From: Oikopleura dioica
Taxonomy: Eukaryota; Animalia; Chordata
Length of the DNA stretch: 64,000 bases
Assembly: GCA_907165135.1 (NCBI GenBank)
Contig: OU015569.1
Location: 7,068,001-7,132,000, forward strand
Direction: 5' to 3'
The notes beneath the pieces are model-generated. The model made no database searches and was not told the origin of the DNA. It saw only the letters and a program-made list of their open reading frames with translations. Positions 11,491-24,199 of the stretch are shown piece after piece (within the stretch, counting starts at the first letter, position 1; every line of letters starts with the position of its first letter). Made by a program: the position numbers and the translations under genes.

Positions 11491-14400
11491 AATTTAGCTC
11501 TTTTGAAGAATAATTGATCTTTCTGGCGACTCAACTTTTAAATTTGATACAATTTTGTAATTCTCAGTTCCAATCCACAATGCTTGTAAATAATTAAATT
11601 GATTGCGATCGAGAAAGAAAATGAAAAATTAAGTGGTTACTTGCGTAAGTGCCTGTCAAATTATGCTCGCACCCGTGCAGTGCTCATATAACCACGGTAG
11701 GTGTAAATGTGCATCCCTCTCACGAGTAGCTCGCTACGATTCCTTTTTCGAAAAGTTATAAAATTGCGAAAATAAAAACAATGTGGTTACAGAAGGCACA
11801 CAACGCAATGCGCCATGATTTTAATTATTTAAGATGCACAGGCCTCAGGGCAAGAGATAATAACTCATCCTTTAATGTTTTACACGATTATACATCCCTT
11901 TTGCCTGCGGCAAGAGGAAGTTCTTTTGAAGTTAATAATAATTGACGAAAATCGAACAATTGACTTTTGAAAATCAATCGTAACGCTTCTGAGGTCGAAT
12001 TGAACCCGCACCTGAATATTCGTTTTGGTTGCTTCTTCGTCCTCTGTCTCTGATCTTGGAAAGTGCTCATCCTCCGATCATCGAAGGACTGGAATTGCCG
12101 GCGCGCGTTCCCGCTTTTCTGAAAAAAACGCTTGTCGCCTCGTCTTTCACCCGGTTTTACAATTCGCCCAATTTTATGCACACAAAACACACACTCTGGC
12201 ATCAATTTAATTCTAATGAATGCTAATTATTTGGCATTAACCTGCGCACGACTAGAGATCATCCGTTTTGAGAGCGCATCGAATTAATCGCTACTATTGC
12301 GCGTCCTAGACACCACCTGCTCTGCGGGGCCTGCACTCTAGTCTCGTCTGCACAAGAACATGCAAGTTACCTTTTAAATCTTCGCCCGATTCGATGACAA
12401 TTCTCAAACTCTTTTTAGTAACTATTTTACTTTCCCCTCAAAGAGAGAAAAGTGGCAGAGAAAGATAGCTTTTAAGTGCAGCCCAATACTCGCCTTTATT
12501 CAAGCGCCTCATAAAAATTTTTACAGCGTATAAATTTGCAAAATTGTTTCCTAGTTTAGAAAGAAGAGCTAGAAAAAATATCTGTAAGGCGAGGAAATGC
12601 AGCATTTAGAGGAAAGAAAAAAATGAAAAGCGCGCCGAGTGCTCGCTTTCCTCAAACATTAATATTAGTCGTGGTCATCCTCTTTACAGCTCCTTTTTTC
12701 TTTCCTTGCTGCGTGTTTGTCTGCCTGAAAAATTCTAATCTGCTTTATTTTTTACGAATCTAGTGTTAACTAAACGCCTCCTAATTGACAATAGAGAGGG
12801 CTAATCTTCCCACGACAAAATTATTTAATCGCGCGTGAAAATTTCATAGCCCGTTATCTTTATGACACCAAAACAGCGCAAAGCAATATTTACGGTATTA
12901 TAATATTCAGTTGTTCGATGCTGTTTGAATTAGGGCGTGAGCATTGAAAGTAAACCCAGGCTGTTTTTGCCGTACACAGAGAGCAACAAAGAAAATCTAT
13001 TGAGGAAATCATGTCAGACTATAGAATTCCGCCAGCTTGCAACAATACGATTGCTATGCTGAAATCTTTTGGGCCGCATAATTGATAATTAAAAATAGTC
13101 CGTTTCCTGGAAGACTCCAAGTCAGCATATCACGAAGAGCCTCATTTGGCAGAAGTTCTTTCTTGCAAGCTCTAGGTCTGCTCTTCTAATCTGAGTTTTC
13201 AGCGTGTGTGCTTTGCGAAAAAAAAGCGAGCAAAAGATAGGTCGCTGTTTAAATTACTCTGGAATTGGACCGGTCGGTCGCGCTCCTACCTGTGCGCGTC
13301 CATCGAGCGAGCCATCGATCGAAGGTCTTTTATTTTTAAGCAGAGGCCGTGATTCACTCTTCACACAAGTTGAAAATTTTAAATATACGGAAGTGTTAAA
13401 TTATGCGCTCAATTATGTCCTGTTTTATTCTTCGTAAAATTAGGGCTCATTGTGAGAAATTTCAAATATAAATGATCTCTCATTATAAATTCCATAAATT
13501 TCGAACATGAAAGTATCTGAAGACTTCTCCAGAATTTCCCCTAATACAGGGTGATGAAATTAACCCCATGATAATCTGATAATTTAATGATTTAATAAAT
13601 CAATTCAGGCTTGTTCCTGTTTTTCGATATTTTCAGTTAGCTCCTCGTCCGAATTGTTACTCATGCTGTCGGCCAGATGTTGCAACTTGGAGGGTATTCC
13701 CAGCGCCGTCTTAACGAAAAATCTCTTTTTACGATCTTCGTTTTCGTTTCTGTTTCTGTCTTTATTATTCTAAATTTCCTTCTGCTGGTTTGATTAGTTC
13801 TGAGGGCGTGCTTGCGAAATGCGGCTTCGAAATTAGTCTTTTTTAATTAGCTAAAGTAGAGCGAACCATCACTTCTCGATTTCGGCCATTGAGTTTTACG
13901 AGAGAACAAAAGTGCAAAAACTCTATAGCGATACTTGCTAACTATCGCCTTAGGATATTGTGTACCGCTTTTTTATGTGCGCAGTAAAATTTCAGAAAAA
14001 TGCCACTCAGAGAAAATGACGTTCGAAACAATATTGTCTTTTAGATTTTTAGGCTATTAAGAATCACTCTAAATACGAATGTTTTCGATAAAATTGAGAG
14101 CAATAGGACTAGTTCTACTCGCTAAATTAAATTAAGGGGTACCGTGGGATGATTGGCTTGGCCACGGCCACGACGAAAAATCTCTCCTCTGCAGATGCAG
14201 ACTTTTCGACACGCTCTCTCGATTTCAAATGTTTAGCGATAGGCGCTAAGCCATTTGCATATGGGAGTTCTTTAATCAAACTAAAAACTCTTTTTTCAGT
14301 GAGTTTTCAGGATAGCTCTTCTTTATCAAGCGTTTTTATTAGCCGCTCAATATGTTACCTTTCGTTGTTGCCTTGGAAGACGGGAGCATCCATTAGACCC

Positions 14401-15384
14401 GTTTTGAGCACCGTTGGGACGTTCGTTGATTTCTTCAAGCTCGCACGAGTTCAATTCCAGTAGAGGGTTCTTCGCCCAGCTCCCTGTACGAGTACTTCAA
14501 GATGACTCAGAAATTCTTTTTCTTGGCTAGTTTCTAAATACTGAAAAAGAAGTCAAATTTTGATTGTCAAAAGCTAAAGTTTCCGTCCTATTCTCCGAAG
14601 TCTCTGAGACGCCCCTGGATATCTTTCTCTCTTCTTCCGAGTCTGAGCTTGAGTCGCCAACCATCAAGTATCCATGCTAAAGGGATGACTAAGCAAAAAT
14701 AATGAAAGTTACAATTTGTCGATGAAACTAAGTAAAATACTCTCAGAGGTAGGAAACACAATACAGCTTGTAATTTCCAATAGTTTTATCTCCTACTCAG
14801 TTGCTATCTAAGTAGCTCTTATCTGTTTTAGTTCAATAATAAATTCCATCAAGTAATATCAGATGTGCGCTTGGATCATCTGGGGCTGTGTTTACCTGCG
14901 ATACCGAAGAAAGCTTCATCTTTGGAACAGGCGACTGAAAGCCCCCATTTTCATGCCGGATTACATCCAGAAGAGACGATTTCTTGGGCATTTCTTAAAT
15001 AATCGATCATACACCATTTAAGAAGTACTAAAAAAGTTATGGTTCTTATGCCGAGTTCATTTATTTTCTCCTCATTTATTACATTATCTTATAAGCTGCC
15101 GTCTGCGCATCCGAATCGATGGTTAACATTTCCAAATTTGGAACCCTAGGTCTGTGGCGCTATACGTGCTCGAAGGTATATATGTGCCTGCCGACGGATA
15201 AAATACGCCACGAAGTCACAAAACTAGGATGTTTTCTATGGACGCATACCTAACATCACCGAGCTCAGCTTTATCTTGGTACCCGTCTCATCAGTCTCAG
15301 GTAATTGTACAGATTATGATCTGAGAGTAAATCTCTTGTAGGAGCAGAGAGAGCTTTCCATACAGTAGAGTAATTTCGCCACCT

Positions 15385-15938
15385 ATGCCGATGGCAGGGC
15401 CTAGTCCCTGCTCACGTGGCCTAGACGGACATTACTCGCCCTTGCAGTACCCCGAAAATCATGACGAACAGCTCAAGGCCAACTCAAATCAAGCTCCAGG
15501 CTACTGCCCATCTTCGGCGAGCATGAAGATGAACATAGCTCGCGAAACGCGGGATTTCCGCGAGGAAATGCGGAAGAAGGCGAATAATGCGCGCGAGCGG
15601 ATGCGAGTGAAGAGTATGAACATTGAGTTCAAAAAGCTCGAACAGCTTTCAAGGAATCACGTGTCTATGGAGAAGCAGCCAACAAGGCTGCAGATTCTTA
15701 GAAGCACGAAAGACACGATTCTTGCGCTTGAGGCTAAGGTAATTCCTATCAAGAACCAAAAACGTGTTTTACTTTTGCCTAGCTTCGTGTCCAATTTGAG
15801 ATGGAAAAAGAATTACGAGAAACTTCTCCCACACAGAAAGTCCGTAAACATAGTACATGCTCCTCAACCCCATCAGTGGTTTCTTTCGGCACATCACCGG
15901 AAGAGAATTTCAACTATTCAACTTACTACGATCTCTAA
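15385..15938 (+). CDS. Short class I (E-protein/daughterless-like) bHLH transcription factor
   Basis: KANNARERMRVKSMNIEFKKLEQLSRNHVSMEKQPTRLQILRSTKDTILALEAK matches the E-protein bHLH pattern (ANNARERLRV..IN..FK.L...H....K..TKL.IL). A 44-nt GT-AG intron at 15739-15782 leads to stop TAA at 15936-15938. The upstream exon 15229-15300 does not join in frame. Confidence 0.8.
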
Positions 15939-17569
15939 GAGCATTGAAATGGATGTAGAATCTAATCTAAGTTGATGATTGTGTTTTCAAAGGCAATATT
16001 ATTGCTCTGAATGTCAAAATAAAATGAATTACAAAATCACAAAAAAAATTCAAAATGTCTTGGGACAAAAAAACGCCAAAAATAAATACAGCCCTATTAG
16101 GGAGATCAAAATCGTCAAGTTCTTATATATAAATATAATAAAGAATGAGCATAATTATACCATAGTTTTGAAGTGTGGAATTTTCGACAAATGAATGTTT
16201 TCTGGGGGAAAGTCTTCGCATGTTTCTCTCATAGGAGCAGGTGCTCGCTCGTGGAGGTACGTCTCAGCCACTCTCTAATTTTCATGATCTCTTGTTTAAA
16301 ACGTAAGGTTGTTGACTTGATTTCAGATTTTCGGAATTCGAAAGGACAGGGGTAAATTTAAGAGTATATTATGAGAAGTCTATGTTTGGTAAGGGAGTTT
16401 TAGTGTTGAGTTTGAATGCCTTCGAATAATACTTTATCAAATAGAGCGGCAGCTTGAGCTCCAGAACGATACTCTCGAGATCTTGACACTTGCATAAAAT
16501 AGGAGAGAGCGAGTCAAAACGCAGGAACAAGGTCCTGACAATAAGCGGAAACGGCTACGCGCCTTCTATCAAACTTGAGGTGATTTTCTAATTTCTGAAG
16601 TACCTCCAGAGATAGATGATCGCATGATCTCTTCCAAAAATTAAAAATACCATCTTTCAGCAGGTGTAGAAAATAATCCCGGTACTTTGAACCGCGCTAT
16701 TGACAGTAACTATTTACCTTTGGGACTTGTAGTCCAGTCCGAAGTATTTTATGTGTGCCGAACGTTGACAGAAGAAAGTCTCTGGCTTCGTTGTCTCGTT
16801 ATAAGTAAGTCATAAAATGCAAGAATAATCTTTCGAGATTTGGAAAAGCGCGAGGAGAGTTTTATTTACCATTTTATACTGATATTATTTATGTTTGACT
16901 TTTATGGTGATGGAAGATGACGGAATTGTGACATGACGGCAGCGGTAACTTCTACGTCGAACGGGTACTTAACCCTGAAGAGGCTTGTATGCCCAAAGCG
17001 GCGCGTGCCTGCATCCACGCTTTCTGATTAGTAGCAGTTCCCACATCGAGCAATTCTATTAATAGTCACACAGTAAACAGCAATGGGACTTCTTCAAAGC
17101 GCCGCCGGAACTGTACTTGACAGCGTAAATCTCCCAGGCTGCCAGGCCTACAACAAGCGCTACTAGACGTTTTATGGCGACGTTACTTGTTCGCAGAAAT
17201 GAAAACAAACAAGGACATCAAAGAAGCATTCCTCCTATTGCGTTTTTAGCAATAATGATTAGAATGCGACGGATACTTATCAGGCATCACCGACACGATG
17301 AACGAACGCCGATTGCGATTATGGACAAAACGTGAAAAAAGATGATTGCAATGCGTTGATCAACACTCCTCCAGATTGCCCTGCAAATTAGTTGTTTAGA
17401 ATCAAAGAAAGCAGTTTTTTAGAAAAAAAAAAGTAATTTATTTACAGGAATAAATAAGCTTATGAAATCATATTAATAAGCTAAGCAGTTGACTTGATGT
17501 CACGTTCGACTTGCTCGACCAGTTCATCTTTCTTAAAAAATTATAAAAAATAATACTTATTTGATTGTA

Positions 17570-18782
17570 TCAGCCGGCGATGTCAGTGCGCAAATTTCGT
17601 TTACCCCAGTTGAAACGATTCTTCGAGAGCCACTCATCAGAGCACTGCTCGTGCGAGCAATGCTTCAAGAATTTGTGAGAAATTCGTTGGATCATGCGCA
17701 CTCGCCTGAAGAAAATGATTATTTACGTTTTTTAAGCGTCACCAAGCGTCACCTATTCATGTGTGTGCCAGCCCGGTGGCCGTGGCAGTTCGACAGATAT
17801 CTCTCGCCGAATTTGCGGAAACCAGTCACTAGCGATTTGGCGCTCTTCCAGGGTCCTTGGCGCTCGATACGGTCACGCATTCGGGAGCCATTGCCTCGCA
17901 CCTCTTTGGCGTTGGGCACACAGCTCTTTGCGCATCGCTTGTCTCCGTCACATTCGTCCTGGCAAAACTCGAGCTCGAGCTGCAGAGTTTTTTTAGCATC
18001 AAAAAAGTCTGGGTGAGCGTAGTCGTCTCGAGACGGATCCAATGTCTAAGAAAAAATCCAATCTCTGCTAAATTATCTCTTTCTCACTTGAAGTCTTCGT
18101 GGCCCATCTGCCCAAATCGAGTCGAACCAAAATTGTTGAGGGATTCCTTCCGCAAAATCAGAGCGCCGTTTTCGTGATTTTGAGCCCCACTGTATTTTTC
18201 CAGTGTCCCAGAGAGCATGAACCTTCGATGGATCCACTGGCGCAGGGTTATCGTTCAGTCCTTCGTAAAATATTTCTTAGTTTTATGAAAAAAATATCAG
18301 GCTTGACTATTGTGACTTAGCGTTATGTGATGGAACCGCTCTCTCTCTAATGAGGAAGATGGGTGAGTTTTTCCAGCGAAGAATACAACACACCTGGTCC
18401 GCCATGTGGCCGGAGCTCCGCGTCGTAGAAGAAGCATGACGAGGAGTCAATTTTTGAATTAATTTTGAGAGACCACGTGTTGCACATTTGCATCAGGCCG
18501 GCTGCCCGCGCAGGTAGCATCCATTCTGTCTTCTCGAAAATCACCGAGCAGATCAGATTCAATCTTACGAATTTCTCAGTAACGATGAATTGCTGTTCTA
18601 CACGAATACCTTGCTAGACGATTTTTCGGGTGTTTTGGAGGAACAGTTCGGTCTGTAACAACAACTTGTTCAGATGCTTCAGTAGGATTTTAAAAATCAA
18701 CGATTCCCTCAAAATTAAATGAGATACTGGTTTTAAATTCCGATCCTATTATTCCCAATAACGCTGCAAATGATGTCTTCAT
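17570..18782 (-). CDS. Secreted Cys-containing precursor-like protein of unknown function
   Basis: Six exons join with GT-AG introns in phase. Product: MKTSFAALLGIIG signal, RTVPPKHPKNRLARL, CFFYDAELRPHGGP, SRKRRS, CQDECDGDKRCAKSC, GFRKFGERYLSNCHG, and C-terminal HCSHEQCSDEWLSKNRFNWGKRNLRTDIAG*. Confidence 0.75.
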
Positions 18783-19059
18783 TGTTTCTCAATAAACTTG
18801 GCGGGAAGTATATTTCAACTCTTATCGAATAAAAAAAAATATTTCTTATCGAAATAAAGTGAAACAGAAGGGTCTAATTAAGAGAAAAATCAGCGGGTTT
18901 TTATCTTCAACGCGATGGTATAGGCGGCGCAGGAGATGCAATCGTGATATCTCAAAATTAGCTCAACAGCGCCAGCGATATTGAATAAGCGATGTAGAAC
19001 ACCAAAAACTGTCTTTTTTAAACAAGAAGTTGAGAATCTAGACGGTTTTTATTCATTCA

Positions 19060-20478
19060 TTAATTCTGATTTTCTCTAGTTGATGTGAGTTCAGAAGGGA
19101 AGGGAATTATTTTTCGCTTTTCAATAATTTCAGATGTAAGCGATCCATCGGTTACTCCAAACAAGCCGCCAGTATGCAAAAACAGGATTTTGTCTCCTGC
19201 GAATCTCTCTGGATTTTTGATCAATTCTTCTTTAATTGCTAAATAAATTAATTAATTTTTAATTTTTTTTAAATTCAAACCATATATAGCTTTCCCAGTA
19301 TAAACCCGGTCTAGGAAAATGCCAGTTGATTGGGCGACTTCAAGAATTAGCTCTTTCAGCTCTGGCCACGCGTCACCGTATCCTTTCCCGACGTAGTCAT
19401 CAGTAATATCGATCAAGTCCTCAATTTTAACGCCATCTGGGATATTGAGTTTTCTCATAGTTTCATTTGCATGATGGTAAAAATCAGCCTTCGTCCCCCA
19501 AATTCTGACTCCATGAATTTTTTTCTTGCTCTTTGACCTGCAATCTGGCTTTTCAAACGATTTATAGGAATTATGCAAAAATAATCCGCGAATATTAAAG
19601 TTATGAAAATGTTTTTGATTAGAAGCCTGTCAATGATTAGAAAGAGCTAAATCGAGCCCAGTTCCTCCACTTCCAGAGACTACAACAACATCTGTGATCT
19701 CATGGAAAAGTGATTGCTGCAGCATTTCTTCCCAGCAATTGATGTAGCTCCAGGTAGCAATGGACGAAGACCCACCTCTTGGGATAATGTAAGCTTTCTT
19801 TCCACTTTTTGCCAAGTGGGAAGAAAGATTCTCCATTCTCTTGTCAGCTAAAAAAACACTCCGAGAAATGTGTACGAAAAGATGTACCTTCATCGAAGGA
19901 GCAAGTCTCCATTTTGTACATGTGAGCACCAGACAGAGCAGCAAGCGTGATGTTACCACTATCATATGTGATTTCCGACTCGTTCGAAGTGAGAAGCAAG
20001 TGACATTCCAAGCCAAGTTCTGCACACGCTACCGCCGTCGAACGGCAATGATTAGAAGTACTCGCGCCCCAGGCAATAATTGTGTCGCAGCCCTTTTCGA
20101 TTGCATCTGCAAGGAGAAATTCCAACTTGCGGATTTTGTTCCCTAGAATGATTTTACCAGTTTTATTTCTTTCAAAGTTAGAATGTTACCAGTCAGAGAC
20201 GTCCCAGTCAAGTCATCTCTCTTTATAAAAAATTGTTGTTTTCCATCACCGAAATCCTTCAAATTCCACTTCTCTATCGGCGTAGGTACATTGGCAAGGA
20301 CACATTTAGAACTCGGCACTTTTACTTCACAACGGTTTATAAATTATAATCAACTCTTATTCAATTCAAACAAAATGTTACATTTTAAATGTCTTCAAAT
20401 CAGCATTGGCAATCGCTTTCCTGTAGAAGGAACCCAACGAGGAGGGGTCCAAGGAACTAGCTTTGATCTCAAACACAT
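19060..20478 (-). CDS. D-cysteine desulfhydrase / ACC-deaminase family PLP enzyme
   Basis: [85 protein letters not shown]. Stop at 19060. Two junctions appear to need GA donors. Confidence 0.9.
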
Positions 20479-21149
20479 ATTACCAAAACTGAAATCTTCT
20501 CTTTTTCTGTTCTCGTTTGATGATGTGTTAGTTGCTTCGCAAATATTCTGTTAAAATAGTATTTACTTTTCTCTTAGATCCATTGCCGGCAGATATTTAA
20601 TAAAGCCCTCAAGGTGGATTATCCTCACGATCAAACTTGTAAAAAATCGTTTTATAATGGTATTAGAAAATGACACTATTTTGCGCGCCATATTTCTTTT
20701 AAACATTTTAATGAAGGATAATAAGAATATGACAACTCGGTAAATAAAGTCTGCAGAGTTAGTAAAATTTTAGGTAATTTCGCTTAAATATGTTGTTTTT
20801 AAGATTCTGATGTTTCTATTAATTTACAAAACAAAAAATTTGCAGCGCTTGATTTGGTTACATTCGTAAATAAGATGAGATACTGACAAATGAAAAAGGA
20901 CAGATGTAGTCCCATTGCAGTAGAAAATAATCGATAATTCATATTTCTGGCAGACTTGTTGATAGTGAGTGACAGTTTACGGTGAAAAGCGCGGTGAAAG
21001 GCGGTTCCCAAGGGAAAAAATGAGGCGAATTAGTGTTGCCGTTTGCTGCGGCCCAATCTAGCGGAGACCATAATTGAAAAAAGAGAGCCTCGACTGGGCT
21101 AGGGCGCAAATTCAATCGTCAAAGCAGCAAATATAAGAGCAGAAGAAAT

Positions 21150-21959
21150 ATGTCGACTGCGTGCACCACTGTACTGCGTATGTGATCAAATTCATTTGTC
21201 TTGATTTATTCCACTTTTGACGCGAATCTGATTCCTTTTTGAAGAGAATGGCATAAATAACAACGCCTTTATGCAGAAGGACAGTAGTGAGAGAGAACCA
21301 AATAGAATTCCTCACGAACAGAAGCTACTGGCAACGTCCTCCGCGACAGATATTCACAGCACTCCCTCGCTTATGTATCCATTCTTAGGAAAGAAATAAA
21401 CAGTACCTTCTTGCAAGACAGTATCTCTCGCCCCTCCCATAAAAATCTGTTAATTCTTTCTCAAGCGTTAATTCTATTTTGTCCGGTTGGAATAATATCT
21501 TCGTGCCACTATCAAAAAGCAATCGCGGCGCACGAACGAGAAGACTTCAAGGTGGCCTTGGCCCATGCTAAGGAGGGGTTTTGTCTCTTCTATATTCAAG
21601 AAGTAACTTCGCTGCTATTTATAGCTTTTGTGCATTTGCCGTGAAGGCCATTTAATATATGCAATTTAGATGGAGAAGAGGAGCATCAAGCTAGCTCCTG
21701 CTCTGCATCAACTGGAGTTAATTAAGTAGAAACTAATTGCCGGGAGAGCATAGTTTAGATCAGCACTCAAATGCCACCCTTGAGAATTCCCCTAATGAGA
21801 CTTCGAAGAAAATTGCGCAAATGGCAATTGTCTTTGGCTGCTTGACAAATCTGTTCATCCTGTATTATCTAGGTATATCTTACACTTCCGCTACTTATCT
21901 AACTGAATAATATTTCAGCTTACAAAGTTCTGAGCCAGCAAGTTCAACTCCAACTGTAA
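21150..21959 (+). CDS. CD225/dispanin (IFITM/PRRT/SynDIG-type) small membrane protein
   Basis: Hydrophilic N-terminus, then KNLLILSQALILFCPVGIISSCHYQKAIAAHEREDFKVALAHAK...SKKIAQMAIVFGCLTNLFILYYLAYKVL, the two-hydrophobic-segment CD225 pattern. The junction between 21590 and 21800 is not cleanly resolved. Confidence 0.65.
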
Positions 21960-22285
21960 TAAATTTTATCCAGATCGTAGCTCTATAAAACTTCCGGTTT
22001 TGAATTGTAGTTTTTTCGTTTTAATCTAAAGCAGAGAAAAGAGAATAAATTTGTCTTTTTCTATTGAGCATTTGTATCACTCGAGCAGCTATTCAGAAGT
22101 AACAAAACTGAAATTGTAAAAAATGGTCCAGCTCACAGCAGGTGACTCAAGTTTTTCCACAATTTTTAAGAATCGCCCCTTCACAAACTTACCGTTAGAA
22201 AATTGGGACGGATAGAGAAAAACTAAGGTTGCTGGAGATTATGGTACTCTAGGCGTGAACTATCTATCTCATTAAAACTGCAGTG

Positions 22286-24199
22286 ATGATAAGAGACTAC
22301 GATGTTTCACCGACACACAGGGGACTCCAAAACCTTTCATATCGTTGGTGTGGCTGCTCGGTATCATACTTTTATTTCAACTAACTCATTGTGATAATTA
22401 GCTACGATTTTTCGTCTTTACGTTCGTGACCGTCACATCATTTACAATTTTCTTTCTTTGGCTCAAATATAATGATATTACCGCTTTTGACAATCTGATA
22501 CATCTGAACGCTTCAAATATTTACGCAGATCGTCAGGAGAGGATCAGATCATTCCTTGGCGAAATTAATGCTCATTTGAGTTTGCTATCCTCTTGAAGAC
22601 AAAAGAAGAAAGGTACATCGATTTTGTCGAGAAGTGGGCTGAGGAGAACTGTACGAAACTGTGCGATGATTATGGAGAGCTTGATAATGATAGAACCTGG
22701 AACGGGGAACAAAAACGGTGCGAATCGAGAACCAAAACAGACTACTCGATCTGCCAAAGCTCAGTAGAACTGGGATACCTGTGCGTACCAGGCAGCGGCT
22801 TTCGTGAAAAGGTCTACTGTTTGAGTACTTTCCTTAAAAAGTCGCAACTGAGACATGAAACACAACCAAACCCTGGAAATACTGTGTCCTGAGAGACCCA
22901 AAGATCCAAAGGGAAAACGGAGAAGTGTTCAATTTGTCTGTCAAAAAGACAAGACAACTCCTAAAGGACCACTGCCCTTCGCGAAACGCTACAATACAAC
23001 TTCTTTTCATGAGAATTGTCTTCCTTCATTAAAAAAGTACGAAATTTCGAAATGGATTCTAAGAAACGTGCACCTTTCGTCACTTATTGTCACTATTGCG
23101 GCCATTGCAAGGGATACAAGTTATGATCATTGATATTGTGATGCTAACTCCTACTTGAGAGTCTTAATCCCCGTTAAGTTATCTTCATAAAGTTCAAAAA
23201 TCTCCACTCCAACAAAAACTGGGTGCATGTGCATTTATTCATCACATTTGTTCTCAACGATTTTTTCTACATCTTGGGTAGCTTCTGGACGATTCCAGAC
23301 GAGCACGACGAAGATTACCAACAAATAAATCCTAAGTTGACGGTTTTGTGCAAAGCGATTAACGTTTTGGAAATGTTTCCCGAAGTCGCTAAGAGTGTTT
23401 GGCTAATGGTTCAAAAACTAATCATATTCTCGCTTCCGAATATTTACGAATCAATATAAAGGTATTCATAGAAGCGGTTCTCCTCCATACTTTGATCTCA
23501 AATCCGTTCGTCCAATTAAGGTAATTATTACTGTTAAAGGCATTGACTTATTCTCCAAGTCTTGACTTTGTGACGCGATATGCTCTCATCGGATGGACGT
23601 GTTCCATAATCCCCACAATCGGCTGGGCGATTCAGTATTACGCGGATGAGTCTGTGAGTTGCTTGCGAAAAGAAAACTCTGCTACTTTTCTCACTTTACT
23701 CTGGGTTGAGCTTCCCATATACGTCATCGCCGCCACTAACTTCGTTCTCTTGGTAATACAATCCGACTGCTCGGACCTTAACAATCTTAGATGCATATTC
23801 TGTACATGATGTCACAGAATAACCTTTCTGTTCCAAACCCGGAAGCAGAGTCAAGTACAGCTATTCAGGATATCAGAAAGCTGGCAAAAGGTAATCGCAA
23901 AATAACCTGTTTCAAGTCATGAAATTTTTGTAGCAACATTGGTTCTGGTTCCTCTTTTCGGTGTTCACGTTCTTGTGTCCATCATAATCCCCTTCAAAAG
24001 GCTCTCAGAGTACGTTGAGCACTTTCTGAGAACGACAATGCTCGTTATAGGTAGTTCAATATCTCTAATAACGAATTTTTGGCGCTTTTCTGTAGACAGT
24101 CTATCTGGCGTGATCGTCGCCTGCTGTTACTGTTTTTTGAACGACGACGTTCTTAGCGAACTTCGACGCGTCTGGGAAAGACGAAAATATCACAAGTAA
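22286..24199 (+). CDS. Class B (secretin-family) GPCR; start could be 22123
   Basis: Cys-rich ectodomain, then TM motifs NWVHVHLFITFVL, RYALIGW, ATLVLVPLFGVH and GVIVACCYCFLNDDVLSELRRVW. Stop at 24199. Confidence 0.88.

Noticed and set aside
11888-12205. First coding exon of the adenylate cyclase (MSTFQDQRQRTKKQPKRIF)
   Set aside because: A phase-2 join to the 11398 exon is possible, but there is no homology support, so it was not included in the span.
14140-14680. Possible decayed gag-like ORF on the minus strand
   Set aside because: About five stops in roughly 180 codons and no recognisable motif. This is too close to background to call.
17083-17391. Cys-rich frame starting MGLLQSAAG
   Set aside because: Four internal stops in 103 codons, about what non-coding DNA would give.
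17561-18177. Plus-strand ORFs of 151, 77 and 106 aa
   Set aside because: They are antisense to the spliced secreted-protein gene, which explains the region with a consistent exon chain.
19060-20478. Bacterial contamination as source of the desulfhydrase
   Set aside because: The gene is split by short spliceosomal introns like its neighbours and is contiguous with animal genes.
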